Shown: positions 1-9,425 of the stretch, piece by piece
How the letters are laid out: every line of letters starts with the position of its first letter
How positions within the stretch are numbered: position 1 is the stretch's first letter
From: an uncultured Candidatus Binatia bacterium
GTDB taxonomy: Bacteria > Desulfobacterota > Binatia > UBA9968 > JAJDTQ01
Direction of reading: 5' to 3'
Length of the DNA: 64,000 bases
NCBI GenBank assembly: GCA_965215605.1
Contig: OZ244070.1
Span: forward strand, 1,536,001-1,600,000
Position numbers and translations under genes: made by a program
The notes under the pieces: model-generated
Seen by the model: the letters and a program-made list of their open reading frames with translations, nothing else
Databases searched by the model: none
Told to the model about the DNA's origin: nothing

Positions 1-29
1 GGATTTCTGCGTCGCCGATCTCGCCCGGG

Positions 30-1550
30 TCAGACCAGCCGGCTTTCCGGGAACATGAACGACCGGATGGTGACCGGGATGACCTCGGTAACCCCCATGG
101 CGTTGCCGACGTCGATGAAGTCCAGGTCGCCCACGTCGATGCCGTCCACGGCGATGATCTCGGGAGCGACTTTCAACTCTTCCTTGAGGATGCCGCCAAG
201 GGACTTGGCCACGTCCATGTCCAGGATCAGGAATACATTGAGATCCGGGTCTGCCGGATCTTCCGCGTCGTTCACCACCGCGGCGATGCCTTCGGCCACG
301 CGCCGGATGTACTTGTAGTTGGGCACTCCCTCGAGGCCCAGGGCCAGCGCCAGACCCGGCTTGTACTTCTCCAGGTCGAACTTGGCCAAGGCCGTCCGGA
401 TGGTGCCCTGGATGTCGCAATTCTCGTCGATCAGGGCCTTGACCACCTGGAGCCCATAGACCGGCAGCGGCGTCTCGCTTGAGATGTAGCTGGTGTTGCC
501 ACTGGCCTGGATCGTGTATTCGCCGGCGCCGATCACGGTGGCGCGGATGCCTTCCGTGGGCTCCTTGACCAGGTCCGCCCGGTTGAGCTCGGCGATGTGA
601 TCACGGATCTCCTTGCCCAGGTAGGGGCCCACATCCCCGTAGGACGGAGTTTCGTGGTTGTAGATGTGCTCGGAGACGCCGCCGGAGAAGACAATGTGGT
701 CGATGCTGCCGAGGCCGTCGTAACCCGGCAACTGATCCGTCACCAGCAGATGGGTTTCCAGGTCGGATAGCGGCTTGGCCTGTATGACGTTGAAGAGATA
801 GGTCCCCATGTAGGCCGCGAACGCCTTCTTGACGTCGTCGGTAATGGTCTGACCCACCTCCACCGGCGTGCCCAGCTCCTTGGTGATGAACTTGGCCGGG
901 AGCTCCACCCGCGTCACCACGTTGTTTTCGTCGAACGCAATGAGACGGGCGCCAACGCTGATGGCCGCGGTCTGGGTTACCGTTCCGTCCCGGATGACGG
1001 ACAGCTTGGTGGTGCCGCCGCCCATGTCGATGTTGAGGACGGTGGCGTCCGCCGACTTGGACAGGTCCACCGCGCCGCAGCCGTAGGCCGCCAGCAGCGC
1101 CTCGTGGTTGGGTCCGGCCGAGGCGCAGATGAACTTGCCGGAATCCTTGGCGAAATACTCCAGGATCGGCCGGGAGTTCTCCTTGTTGAGGGCCTCCCCG
1201 GTGATCACCACGGCGCCGGTGTCGATGTCGTCGTGGGTGTAGCCGGCCACGCGGTAGGACTCGTGGATGAAGTCCTCCACCTTGGCCGTGTCGATGAGCG
1301 TGCCGGAGCTGTACGGCGTCAGCATGATGGGCGAGCGGTACAGCACTTCCCGGTCAGTGACCCGGAACCGGGCCGAGAGCCCGGCCCCTTCCCGTCTGAG
1401 GGTCAGATGGGAAAAGACCAGGTGCGACGTGGAGGAGCCGATGTCGATGCCCACGCTGGTGAGCGAGAACATCTCGACCCCTTCGATGTCCTCCACGATG
1501 GCATCGGGGCCGGGGTGAAAGTGTTCGGGATTGTCTGCGTCGTCGTGCAT
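30..1550 (-). CDS. EutA-like ASKHA-fold ATPase (ethanolamine ammonia-lyase reactivase family)
   Basis: 506 aa; SVGIDIGSSTSHLVFS, GAVVITGE, ASAGPNHEALLAAYG, NIDMGGGTTK, FSGGVSE, IRATVIGAGEYT motifs typical of the EutA family; acidic/His N-terminus. Confidence 0.85.
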   Translation of the reverse strand: MHDDADNPEHFHPGPDAIVEDIEGVEMFSLTSVGIDIGSSTSHLVFSHLTLRREGAGLSARFRVTDREVLYRSPIMLTPYSSGTLIDTAKVEDFIHESYRVAGYTHDDIDTGAVVITGEALNKENSRPILEYFAKDSGKFICASAGPNHEALLAAYGCGAVDLSKSADATVLNIDMGGGTTKLSVIRDGTVTQTAAISVGARLIAFDENNVVTRVELPAKFITKELGTPVEVGQTITDDVKKAFAAYMGTYLFNVIQAKPLSDLETHLLVTDQLPGYDGLGSIDHIVFSGGVSEHIYNHETPSYGDVGPYLGKEIRDHIAELNRADLVKEPTEGIRATVIGAGEYTIQASGNTSYISSETPLPVYGLQVVKALIDENCDIQGTIRTALAKFDLEKYKPGLALALGLEGVPNYKYIRRVAEGIAAVVNDAEDPADPDLNVFLILDMDVAKSLGGILKEELKVAPEIIAVDGIDVGDLDFIDVGNAMGVTEVIPVTIRSFMFPESRLV

Positions 1551-1586
1551 GGCTTGCTGTTCTTGCTGTGTCCGATTTCCCTGGAC

Positions 1587-2717
1587 CTACTGTTTTCCCA
1601 TCCCCTTGGACCACTCGTAGTCGGGGTTGGTGTAGGCTTCCTCGTGCATGAGGCTCGTGGTGCCCCGTTTCGCCAGTTCCTCCTCGAACTTGGCCCGGAC
1701 GAACGGATCCTCGTCCGGATACTCGATCTGGTCCTTGGCCCTGTCTTCGACCTTTTCCGCGTAGCCGTGGAACTGCATGGGCGGATGGAAGGCCAAATAC
1801 CGCGCGGGGGTGGTACCCGCGTTGAAGTGCTGGTGGAACCACTTGTTGGGCGGCACGAAGACGCTGGCCTCGTGCCAGGGCACCACGATCTTCTCCTTGC
1901 CCTCTTCCCACAGGATCGAGTAGCCCTCGCCCGCGGGAATGACGATGACCCGGCCCGGGCCGTGGCGGTGCGCCTTCTTGTAGGTGCGCGACGCGAACAC
2001 CGACATGTGGCAGGAAAGCTCGGAGTTGGGAAACTCGATGAACACGCTGTGGCCGCCGGCGCCCCGCTTCTTGTTCTCGTCCAGCTTGTCCCAGGCCCTC
2101 ATGTCCGGGAAGAAGTTGCCGTACCAGTAGACCCGCCGGTTCCACACGTTCCACTTGCCGGAGTCGGTCACCATCTTGGCCTCGGAGTAGAACTCGCCTT
2201 CCTCGGAAGCGATGACGTCCTGGCCGGAAAACGGATTGTCGAAGAAGAAATCCGGGTCGCCCACGGAGGACATGGCCAGCGGCAGGTAGTTGTAGTGCAG
2301 CAGCCGGACCACCTTGTCACCCTGCATGTTGTTGATGGTGTAGTGGTAGTTGCGGGGGACGATGAACATGCTGTTGTTCTGCCACTCGAAGGTCTTCTTG
2401 GTGCCGTTGTCATCGCGCCAAACGGTGGTGGTGCCGCGGCCCTCGACCACGTAGCACACCTCATCCAGGGCGAACCGCACCGGCGGACTCGACTCCCCGG
2501 GAGCGATCTCCTGGATCCAGGCTCCGGTGACGCCCTCCTGACCCATGAGCTGCATGAAGGCCGCCTTGCACTTGCGGTCCTCCCACCATTCGAGGTCGCA
2601 AGTGCGCAGGTCCCCGATAAAATACCCCGTGTGGATCGGAAGTCCCAAGCCCTCCATCCAGTGGTCGTAGGTGAACTTGGTTTTCTCTGTTACGGCCTCG
2701 CTGATATCTTCTCCCAT
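1587..2717 (-). CDS. Bicupin protein (C-terminal cupin with 3-His site)
   Basis: 376 aa; two cupin repeats: DEVCYVVEGRG...FIVP and KAHRHGPG...GEGYS...FVPPNKWFHQHFN; SD AAGGAG upstream. Confidence 0.8.
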   Translation of the reverse strand: MGEDISEAVTEKTKFTYDHWMEGLGLPIHTGYFIGDLRTCDLEWWEDRKCKAAFMQLMGQEGVTGAWIQEIAPGESSPPVRFALDEVCYVVEGRGTTTVWRDDNGTKKTFEWQNNSMFIVPRNYHYTINNMQGDKVVRLLHYNYLPLAMSSVGDPDFFFDNPFSGQDVIASEEGEFYSEAKMVTDSGKWNVWNRRVYWYGNFFPDMRAWDKLDENKKRGAGGHSVFIEFPNSELSCHMSVFASRTYKKAHRHGPGRVIVIPAGEGYSILWEEGKEKIVVPWHEASVFVPPNKWFHQHFNAGTTPARYLAFHPPMQFHGYAEKVEDRAKDQIEYPDEDPFVRAKFEEELAKRGTTSLMHEEAYTNPDYEWSKGMGKQ

Positions 2718-2810
2718 GAGACAACTCCTTGAATTGAGATTGGCTGAAACTCGCGTCTTTGTGGAACAAAAATCGGGCCGGCGGTGTGCCCAGCCCGAGA
2801 AACAGGAATG

Positions 2811-2844
2811 ATTCTATATAGCGTCCCGCGGCACCAGGGGTCAA
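2811..2844 (-). promoter_or_regulatory. Candidate sigma70 promoter for the cupin-EutA-like operon
   Basis: Minus strand TTGACC-N18-TATATA(GAAT) in the divergent intergenic region. Confidence 0.35.
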
Positions 2845-2907
2845 GACCGTCAGCCGGGCTGGCCGTCCCACGGGCGACAGACTCCGAAGCCGACCCCGGA
2901 CCGCATA

Positions 2908-2936
2908 TTGACACGGCACACCTACTCTGTGAAACT
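2908..2936 (+). promoter_or_regulatory. Candidate sigma70 promoter for dxs
   Basis: TTGACA-N17-GAAACT with an extended -10 TG, ending about 70 bp upstream of the dxs ATG. Confidence 0.4.
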
Positions 2937-3004
2937 TCAATTGCTTACGGCGAAAAGGTGCGCGTGAAGGTTTATTTTTTGCCTTTGAAACGGGAGGACC
3001 CATC

Positions 3005-4900
3005 ATGTCCGTTCTGCGCATGATCAGCCGGCCACCGGACCTCAAGAAACTCTCTCCGGAGCAGTTCCCCGAATTGTGCGAAGAGATCCGCGAAGAGATC
3101 ATTTCAGTCATCTCCAACGTCGGCGGCCATCTGGCCTCCAATCTCGGGGTGATCGAACTGACGGTCGCCCTTCACTATCTGCTGGACACGCCGAGGGACC
3201 TGATCGTCTGGGACACCAGCAACCAAGCCTATGCCCACAAGCTGCTGACCGGGCGTCGGGAGCAGTTCCACACCATCCGTCAATTCGACGGATTGAGCGG
3301 GTTCTGCAAGCGCGAGGAGAGCGAGTACGACACGTTCAACGCCGGCCACGCCGGCACCGGCGTCTCGGCGGCGGTGGGATTCGTGGAGGCCCGGGAGCAG
3401 CGGAAACAGACACACAAGGTCGTGTGCGTCGTCGGCGACGGCGCGCTGACTTCGGGTCTGACCATGGAGGGTCTTCAGCAGGCGGGCGGATTGAACCGGG
3501 ATCTCCTGGTCATCCTCAACGACAACCAGATGTCCATCTCCAGGAACGTGGGGGCCATTTCCGCCTACCTGAACCGGACCATCACCGGCGAGTTCTTCGA
3601 CCGCATCACCGAGGAGACCAAGCGGGTGCTGGGCAAGATGCCCCACATCGGCGAACAGGTGCAGCGACTGGCCGGCCGCGCCCAGGAGCTGGTCAAGGGG
3701 CTGCTGCTGCCCGGGCTCCTGTTCGAGGAACTGGGGTTCCGGTACGTGGGACCCATCGACGGCCACCAGTTCGAGCATCTGTTGCCCACCCTGGAGAACG
3801 TGCTCAAGCTGGAGGGTCCCACGCTGCTGCACGTGGTCACCAAGAAGGGTCTGGGCTACGGTCCGGCCATGGACAACCCCGTGTGGTTCCATGCCAGCTC
3901 GCCCTTCGACCGCGAAACCGGGAGGGCCAAGAAAAAGTCCGCGAGACCTTCGTACAGCAGCTTCGCCGTAAACACGCTCATCCAGCTCGCCAAGGAAGAC
4001 CCGCGTATCGTGGCCATCACCGCCGCCATGTCCGAGGGGACCGGATTGGGCGCGTTCGAAAACCTCTTCCCCGAGCGGCTCTACGACGTCGGCATCGCCG
4101 AGCAGCATGCCGTGACCTTTGCCGCGGGCATGGCCGCCCAGGGCATGAGGCCGGTGATCCCCATTTACTCGACCTTCCTGCAACGGGCCTATGACCAGGT
4201 GGTCCACGACGTGGCCACGCAGAATCTCCCGGTGACGTTCTGCATCGACCGGGGCGGACTGGTGGCCGAGGACGGCACCACCCACCACGGCGCCTTCGAT
4301 CTGGCCTACCTCCGTCACGTGCCCAACATGGTGGTCATGGCCCCGAAGGACGAGAACGAGCTGCAGCACATGGTGAAGTCGTGCATCAGCTACGACAGGC
4401 CGGCGGCGGTCCGCTATCCCCGGGGATCGAGTCTCGGCGTGGACATGGACCCGATGCCGCAGGCGCTGCCCCTGGGCAAGGGCGAACTGCTGCGGGAAGG
4501 CACGGACATCGCGCTGGTGGCCATCGGCGTGACCGTGCACCAGGCGGTGGAGGCGGCCGCACGGCTGGCGCAGGAGGGAATCTCCGCCGCGGTGATCAAC
4601 GCGCGGTTCGTCAAGCCCATCGACGGCGACCTGATCGGGAGCGTGGCGAGGGACGTGAAGTGCCTGCTCACGGTGGAAGAATCCTCGGCCATGGGCGGAT
4701 TCGGCTCCGCCGTTCTTGAACTGTTGTCCAGTCAAGGTATTGTCGGGGTCAGGACGAAGTGCCTGGGGTTGCCCGACTGGTACATCGAGCAGGGACCCCA
4801 GGACCTGCTTCGCGAGAAGTACGGCTTGACTGCCGACGGGATCCATCAACAGGCCAAGGAGTTGCTGGCCCACGTCGCCGGTCGAGCGGAGGTAGCCTGA
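3005..4900 (+). CDS. dxs: 1-deoxy-D-xylulose-5-phosphate synthase
   Basis: GGHLASNLGVIELT, GDGALTSG...ILNDNQMSIS ThDP motif, DVGIAEQHAVTFAAG, IYSTFLQRAYDQ, DGTTHHG. Confidence 0.97.
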   Translation: MSVLRMISRPPDLKKLSPEQFPELCEEIREEIISVISNVGGHLASNLGVIELTVALHYLLDTPRDLIVWDTSNQAYAHKLLTGRREQFHTIRQFDGLSGFCKREESEYDTFNAGHAGTGVSAAVGFVEAREQRKQTHKVVCVVGDGALTSGLTMEGLQQAGGLNRDLLVILNDNQMSISRNVGAISAYLNRTITGEFFDRITEETKRVLGKMPHIGEQVQRLAGRAQELVKGLLLPGLLFEELGFRYVGPIDGHQFEHLLPTLENVLKLEGPTLLHVVTKKGLGYGPAMDNPVWFHASSPFDRETGRAKKKSARPSYSSFAVNTLIQLAKEDPRIVAITAAMSEGTGLGAFENLFPERLYDVGIAEQHAVTFAAGMAAQGMRPVIPIYSTFLQRAYDQVVHDVATQNLPVTFCIDRGGLVAEDGTTHHGAFDLAYLRHVPNMVVMAPKDENELQHMVKSCISYDRPAAVRYPRGSSLGVDMDPMPQALPLGKGELLREGTDIALVAIGVTVHQAVEAAARLAQEGISAAVINARFVKPIDGDLIGSVARDVKCLLTVEESSAMGGFGSAVLELLSSQGIVGVRTKCLGLPDWYIEQGPQDLLREKYGLTADGIHQQAKELLAHVAGRAEVA

Positions 4901-4946
4901 ACCTGCTTTTGCCCACTCTGTTAATGGCCCTTGACCGGAGGGAATC

Positions 4947-5759
4947 ATGATTCACGTCTTGCCTGTTCGATGGGTACTTGCCCTGTCGTGTCTTGCGTTC
5001 CTGGCTTCTCTGGGCGACCCGCCGGCGGCGCGGTCGGAGACCCCCGAGGAAAAGGGGTTGCGGATCGCGCGCGAAACTCGCGAGCGGGCAACGGGCTTCG
5101 GCAATTTCACCGCGCACCAGACCATGGTGCTGCGCAACAAGCAGGGGCAGGAAAGCAAGCGTCAGAGCCGTCTCAAGGTTCTGGAGGCGCCCGGAGACGG
5201 AGACAAGAGCCTGTTCGTGTTCGACCAGCCCCGGGACGTCAAGGGGACGGCTTTCCTCATCCATGCGCACAAGGACAAGGCAGACGACCAATGGCTCTTC
5301 CTGCCGGCGCTCAAACGGGTCAAGCGCATCAGCTCGTCGAATCGTTCCGGCTCCTTCATGGGCAGCGAGTTCGCCTACGAGGACATGGGCAGCTCGGAAG
5401 TGGAACGATACACCTACAAATACCTGCGGGACGAGCCTTGCGGCGACACCACGTGCACGGTGGTGGAACGCTTCCCGGTCACCAAGAGGTCCGGCTATCG
5501 CCGCCAGGTGGTGTGGCAGGACAAGGACGAGCTCCGGCTCTGGAAGGTCGAATACTACGACCGGAAGAACGCCCATCTGAAGACCCTGACGCTGGCCAAG
5601 TACCAGAAGTATCTGGATCGCTACTGGCAGGCGCACGAGATGTCCATGGTCAATCACCTGACGGGCAAGAGCACGCTGCTGACCTGGACGGATTTCAAGT
5701 ACCGGACCAAGCTCAATGAAAGGGACTTCACCCGCACCGGCCTGAAACGGGCGCGTTGA
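4947..5759 (+). CDS. LolA-like outer-membrane lipoprotein-sorting family protein
   Basis: Signal peptide; FDQPRDVKGTAFL, DDQWLFLPALKRVKRI, SFMGSEFAYED motifs of LolA_like proteins. Confidence 0.85.
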   Translation: MIHVLPVRWVLALSCLAFLASLGDPPAARSETPEEKGLRIARETRERATGFGNFTAHQTMVLRNKQGQESKRQSRLKVLEAPGDGDKSLFVFDQPRDVKGTAFLIHAHKDKADDQWLFLPALKRVKRISSSNRSGSFMGSEFAYEDMGSSEVERYTYKYLRDEPCGDTTCTVVERFPVTKRSGYRRQVVWQDKDELRLWKVEYYDRKNAHLKTLTLAKYQKYLDRYWQAHEMSMVNHLTGKSTLLTWTDFKYRTKLNERDFTRTGLKRAR

Positions 5760-7009
5760 TGCCGCGCGTCTCTCTCCAGATCGCGGCGGCCGGGACGGCA
5801 CTGGTCCTGGCATCCGTCCTTGCCGCCGGCCGGGCCCCGGCCATCGAGGTGTCCGGACGGGTGGGCCTGGAGAGCCGGTGGTACCACCGGGACGAAGCCC
5901 ACCCCGGCCAGCGCTCCCACGCCTCGGGCATCGTGGTCGAGCCCAAGCTGTACGCCGAGGACGACGAGGGCAGAAGCGTCACCCTGGCGCCCTTCTTCCG
6001 CTATGACGGCGGCGACTCCCGCCGCACCCACTTCGACGTGCGGGAGGCCTACTTCCTGGTCTTCGGCGCGCTCGGCGAAGGCGAGTGGGAGTTGCGGCTG
6101 GGCGCGGACCGGGTGTTCTGGGGGGTCGCGGAATCGCGCCACTTGGTGGACATCGTCAACCAGACCGACCTGATCGAGAATCCCAACGAAGAAGCCAAGC
6201 TCGGGCAACTCATGGCCCACGTGACATGGTCCGGCGAGTGGGGCGTGGCGGAGTTCTTCGCGCTGCCGTATCACCGGGAACGCACTTACTCGGGCCGGGA
6301 AGGCCGCCTGCGCGGCCAGTTCGTGGTAGACGACAAGCGCGTCTCCTACGAAAGCGCGGCCGAGGAATGGCACGTGGACCTCGCGGCGCGGTACAGCCAC
6401 AGTTTCGGCCCGCTGGATCTGGGTATCAGCGTCTTCGACGGCACCAGCCGGGAGCCCTGTCTGGTCTGCGAGCGGCCCAGGCTGAACGAAAGATTGGAGT
6501 TGCTGCTGGTGCCACACTACGAGCAGATCCGCCAGTTCGGTCTGGACGCCCAGCTCACCATCGAGTCATGGTTGCTCAAGCTCGAGGCCATTCACCGAAG
6601 CGGCTTCTCGAATCTGGCGGGGCGCGGGGAAGACTACGCGGCCTTCGTCGCGGGCGGAGAGTACACGTTCAGCGGCATCTTCGAGTCGGAACTCGACCTC
6701 GGCCTGCTCGCCGAATGGAACTACGACAGGCGGAGGGAGACGGCCACCCATCCCTTCGACAACGACCTCTTCCTGGGCGCGCGCCTGGGGTTCAACGACG
6801 TCCAGAGCACCGAGGTCGTCGTCAGCCTGCTGGCGGACGCCGAGCATTCCACGCGTTCGCTGTTCGTCGAATTCAACCGCCGCCTCTCGGACAGTTGGTC
6901 GCTGCACCTCGAGAGCGCCTTCTTCCTGGCGGTGGACAGGGCGGATCGCACCACCTACCCGACCCGGCGCGACAGCTTCATCGAACTGCACCTGAGCTAC
7001 AATTTCTAG
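5759..7009 (+). CDS. Putative outer-membrane beta-barrel protein
   Basis: Signal peptide, DVREAY...RVFWGVAES...DIVNQ motif, amphipathic strands, C-terminal Phe (LHLSYNF); TGATG coupling to the upstream gene. Confidence 0.75.
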   Translation: MPRVSLQIAAAGTALVLASVLAAGRAPAIEVSGRVGLESRWYHRDEAHPGQRSHASGIVVEPKLYAEDDEGRSVTLAPFFRYDGGDSRRTHFDVREAYFLVFGALGEGEWELRLGADRVFWGVAESRHLVDIVNQTDLIENPNEEAKLGQLMAHVTWSGEWGVAEFFALPYHRERTYSGREGRLRGQFVVDDKRVSYESAAEEWHVDLAARYSHSFGPLDLGISVFDGTSREPCLVCERPRLNERLELLLVPHYEQIRQFGLDAQLTIESWLLKLEAIHRSGFSNLAGRGEDYAAFVAGGEYTFSGIFESELDLGLLAEWNYDRRRETATHPFDNDLFLGARLGFNDVQSTEVVVSLLADAEHSTRSLFVEFNRRLSDSWSLHLESAFFLAVDRADRTTYPTRRDSFIELHLSYNF

Positions 7010-7054
7010 TGTCCTGTGCCACGTAATTCATTACCAAGCTGCGCAGGACACTGG
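7006..7054. repeat. CTAG-TGTCC miniature inverted-repeat element, copy 1
   Basis: CTAGTGTCCTGTGC...GCGCAGGACACTGG; overlaps the TAG stop of the beta-barrel gene. Confidence 0.6.
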
Positions 7055-7094
7055 CGGTGAATGAAGAGATGGCGATGCGGCGGGCCGGCACGCG

Positions 7095-8051
7095 CTAAAC
7101 GGCCGTCCCCTGTGTGCCGACCAGTTCCCGCGGCAGCTTGAAGGTGACGTTCTCCTCAATGCCGTCGAGGTCGGCCAGGGTGACGTCGAACATGTCGCAG
7201 AGCCGGTCCACCAATCCCTGCACCAGTCCTTCCGGCGCCGAGGCGCCCGCGGTGATCCCCACGGTCTTCGCCCCTTCCAGCCAGGCGGGGTCCAGGCTGC
7301 CGGCATCCGGGATGAGGTGGCTGTCGGTTCCCACCTCATCGCCGATCTCACGCAACCGGTTCGAGTTGGAGCTGTAGTCCGCGCCGATGACCAGGATCAC
7401 GTCGGACTCGGCCGCCAGCAGCCGCACCGCGGTCTGCCGGTTCTGCGTCGCATAGCAAATATCCTTCACGTCAGGACCCCGGACTTCGGGAAACCGGGAC
7501 CTCAACGCGGCGATGATCTCGCGGGTATCGTCGACGCTCAGGGTCGTCTGCGTAACGTATGCAAGCTTCGCCGGGTCGGCGGGTTCCAACGCCTCCACGT
7601 CGGAGATGTTGGACACCAGGTGCACCGTGCCCGGCACCTGCCCCATGGTGCCCTCCACCTCCGGGTGCCCGGAGTGGCCGATGAGAACCACCTCGTAACC
7701 CTGCCGCGCATAGCGCTGCGCCTCGACGTGCACCTTGCTCACCAGCGGACAGGTGGCGTCGATCACCTGGAGACCTCGGGCATCCGCGGCGTCCTCGACT
7801 TTCCGGGACACGCCGTGGGCGCTGAACACAGTCACCGCGTCCTTCGGGATGTCGGAGACCTTTTCGACGAACCGGGCGCCCTTGGCGCGCAACCCGTTCA
7901 CCACATGTTTGTTGTGGACGATCTCGTGGCGCACGTAGACGGGAGCGCCGTAGATTTCGAGCGCTCGCTCGACGATGTCCACGGCTCTCACCACGCCGGC
8001 GCAGAAGCCTCTCGGCTGCGCCAGGACGACTCGCAGCGGTCGTTTTACCAT
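7095..8051 (-). CDS. ispH: 4-hydroxy-3-methylbut-2-enyl diphosphate reductase
   Basis: [46 protein letters not shown]; start reassigned to MVKRPL. Confidence 0.96.
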   Translation of the reverse strand: MVKRPLRVVLAQPRGFCAGVVRAVDIVERALEIYGAPVYVRHEIVHNKHVVNGLRAKGARFVEKVSDIPKDAVTVFSAHGVSRKVEDAADARGLQVIDATCPLVSKVHVEAQRYARQGYEVVLIGHSGHPEVEGTMGQVPGTVHLVSNISDVEALEPADPAKLAYVTQTTLSVDDTREIIAALRSRFPEVRGPDVKDICYATQNRQTAVRLLAAESDVILVIGADYSSNSNRLREIGDEVGTDSHLIPDAGSLDPAWLEGAKTVGITAGASAPEGLVQGLVDRLCDMFDVTLADLDGIEENVTFKLPRELVGTQGTAV

Positions 8052-8091
8052 TGGATTCCCTCCGACGCCGCAGTCGCCCGCGGCGAAACTC

Positions 8092-8120
8092 ACTATGCAG
8101 CAGTTGCCCCGGAGCGTCAA
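8092..8120 (-). promoter_or_regulatory. Candidate internal sigma70 promoter for ispH
   Basis: Minus strand TTGACG-N17-CATAGT, 40 bp upstream of the ispH ATG. Confidence 0.5.
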
Positions 8121-8156
8121 TCATGGCTGGCCGCCTGACACGGACCACGACTTCTC

Positions 8157-9416
8157 CTAGGGGACGGTACCTTGGACGGCGCGCGCGGCCATGTGGCCCG
8201 ACCGGACGGCGCTCTCGATGGTGGCGGGAAGCCCGGTATCGATCCAGTCCCCGGCCAGGTACAGGTTGGCGAAACCGCTTCGCGTGTCGGGACGGAGCTT
8301 GGTCTGCGCCGGCGTCTGCGCGAACGTCGCCCGCTTCTCCTTGACCACGCGCCAAGGAGGCAGCGCCGCCGGGTCCCGCGCCAAGGCGGCGGCGACGTCG
8401 TGCCAGGTTTTCCGGGCGATCACGTCGGCCTCCTCGTCGATCATGTCGTCGGCCGCGCTGATGGTGATGGAGGCCACGTCGCCGCGTACGAACAGCCACT
8501 GGGCGGTGCCGCCGATGAGCCCGAGAAACGGCAGGTCTTCCGGCAGGCCGCCGGGTTGCGGCAACCGGAAGTGGGCGTTGACGATGGCATGGCTTTGCTC
8601 CGGAACGGTCACGTCCGGCACCAAGCCCGCCGCCGCCTGGGGCGGCAGCGCCAACACCACGCCTTCCCCGCCGTCCAATTCCACCGTGTCGGTGCCGAAG
8701 TCCAGGCGGCGGGCCACGGCGTCCTCGAACGCGATACTCCGCAAACGGGCTCCAAAGCGGATGGCTGCACCGCGCCGGCTCAGGAGATCCAGCGCCGGGT
8801 CGACGAACGTCGCGGAGAGTCCCGTCCGGGCGATCCGCGGCCGGCAGGCGGCCTCGCCCCTGCCGAAGGTTTCCTGCAGCACCGGCCACAAGAGACGGGC
8901 GGCGCCGGCCCGCGCCGGGCTGTTCAGGGCCGCCACCGCCAGCGGCTCCCAGAACTTCTCGAACAAGGCGCCGCTGTCACCGACGCAGTCGGTTACGGTG
9001 CGGTCCGCGCCGGCCCAGGCGAAGCGCAGGCCCGACAGGTAGTCCCGAGCCCGCGTGTCGGGTACGCGACGGCGGGCGTCGAGGATCCACCAGGGCAGCC
9101 TCCCGGCATTGGGCCGAAGGCGCCATCGCCGGCCCGTGCGCAGGTCCAGGAACGGGAAGCACGCCGAAGCCGGCCCCGCCAACGCGCCTGCCGCGCCGAT
9201 GTCCGCCAGATACCCCATGGTGGCGCTGTTTCCGGTCAGAAGCAGATGGTTGCCGTTGTCGATGGCGCAATCGAGCCGGGCATCGAACCAGGAACGGCAG
9301 CGGCCGCCGGCCTGACCGCTGGCCTCGTAGAGGTTGACGGCATGCCCGGCCCGCGCCAATGCCACGGCGGCGGAAAGGCCGGCCACGCCGGCGCCGATGA
9401 TGTGGGTCCGGGGCAC
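8157..9416 (-). CDS. hpnE: Hydroxysqualene dehydroxylase
   Basis: GAGVAGLSAA FAD motif, GGRCRS, DNGNHLL, KEKRATF, LAGDWIDTGLPATIESAVRSG; follows hpnCD. Confidence 0.92.
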   Translation of the reverse strand: MPRTHIIGAGVAGLSAAVALARAGHAVNLYEASGQAGGRCRSWFDARLDCAIDNGNHLLLTGNSATMGYLADIGAAGALAGPASACFPFLDLRTGRRWRLRPNAGRLPWWILDARRRVPDTRARDYLSGLRFAWAGADRTVTDCVGDSGALFEKFWEPLAVAALNSPARAGAARLLWPVLQETFGRGEAACRPRIARTGLSATFVDPALDLLSRRGAAIRFGARLRSIAFEDAVARRLDFGTDTVELDGGEGVVLALPPQAAAGLVPDVTVPEQSHAIVNAHFRLPQPGGLPEDLPFLGLIGGTAQWLFVRGDVASITISAADDMIDEEADVIARKTWHDVAAALARDPAALPPWRVVKEKRATFAQTPAQTKLRPDTRSGFANLYLAGDWIDTGLPATIESAVRSGHMAARAVQGTVP

Positions 9417-9425
9417 GGCCGGCCG

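Noticed and set aside
8157-8174. CAAGGTACCGTCCCCTAG at the hpnE end, resembling the RAYT-adjacent CAAGGTCTGACCCTAG
   Set aside because: Too short and imperfect to distinguish from chance within coding sequence
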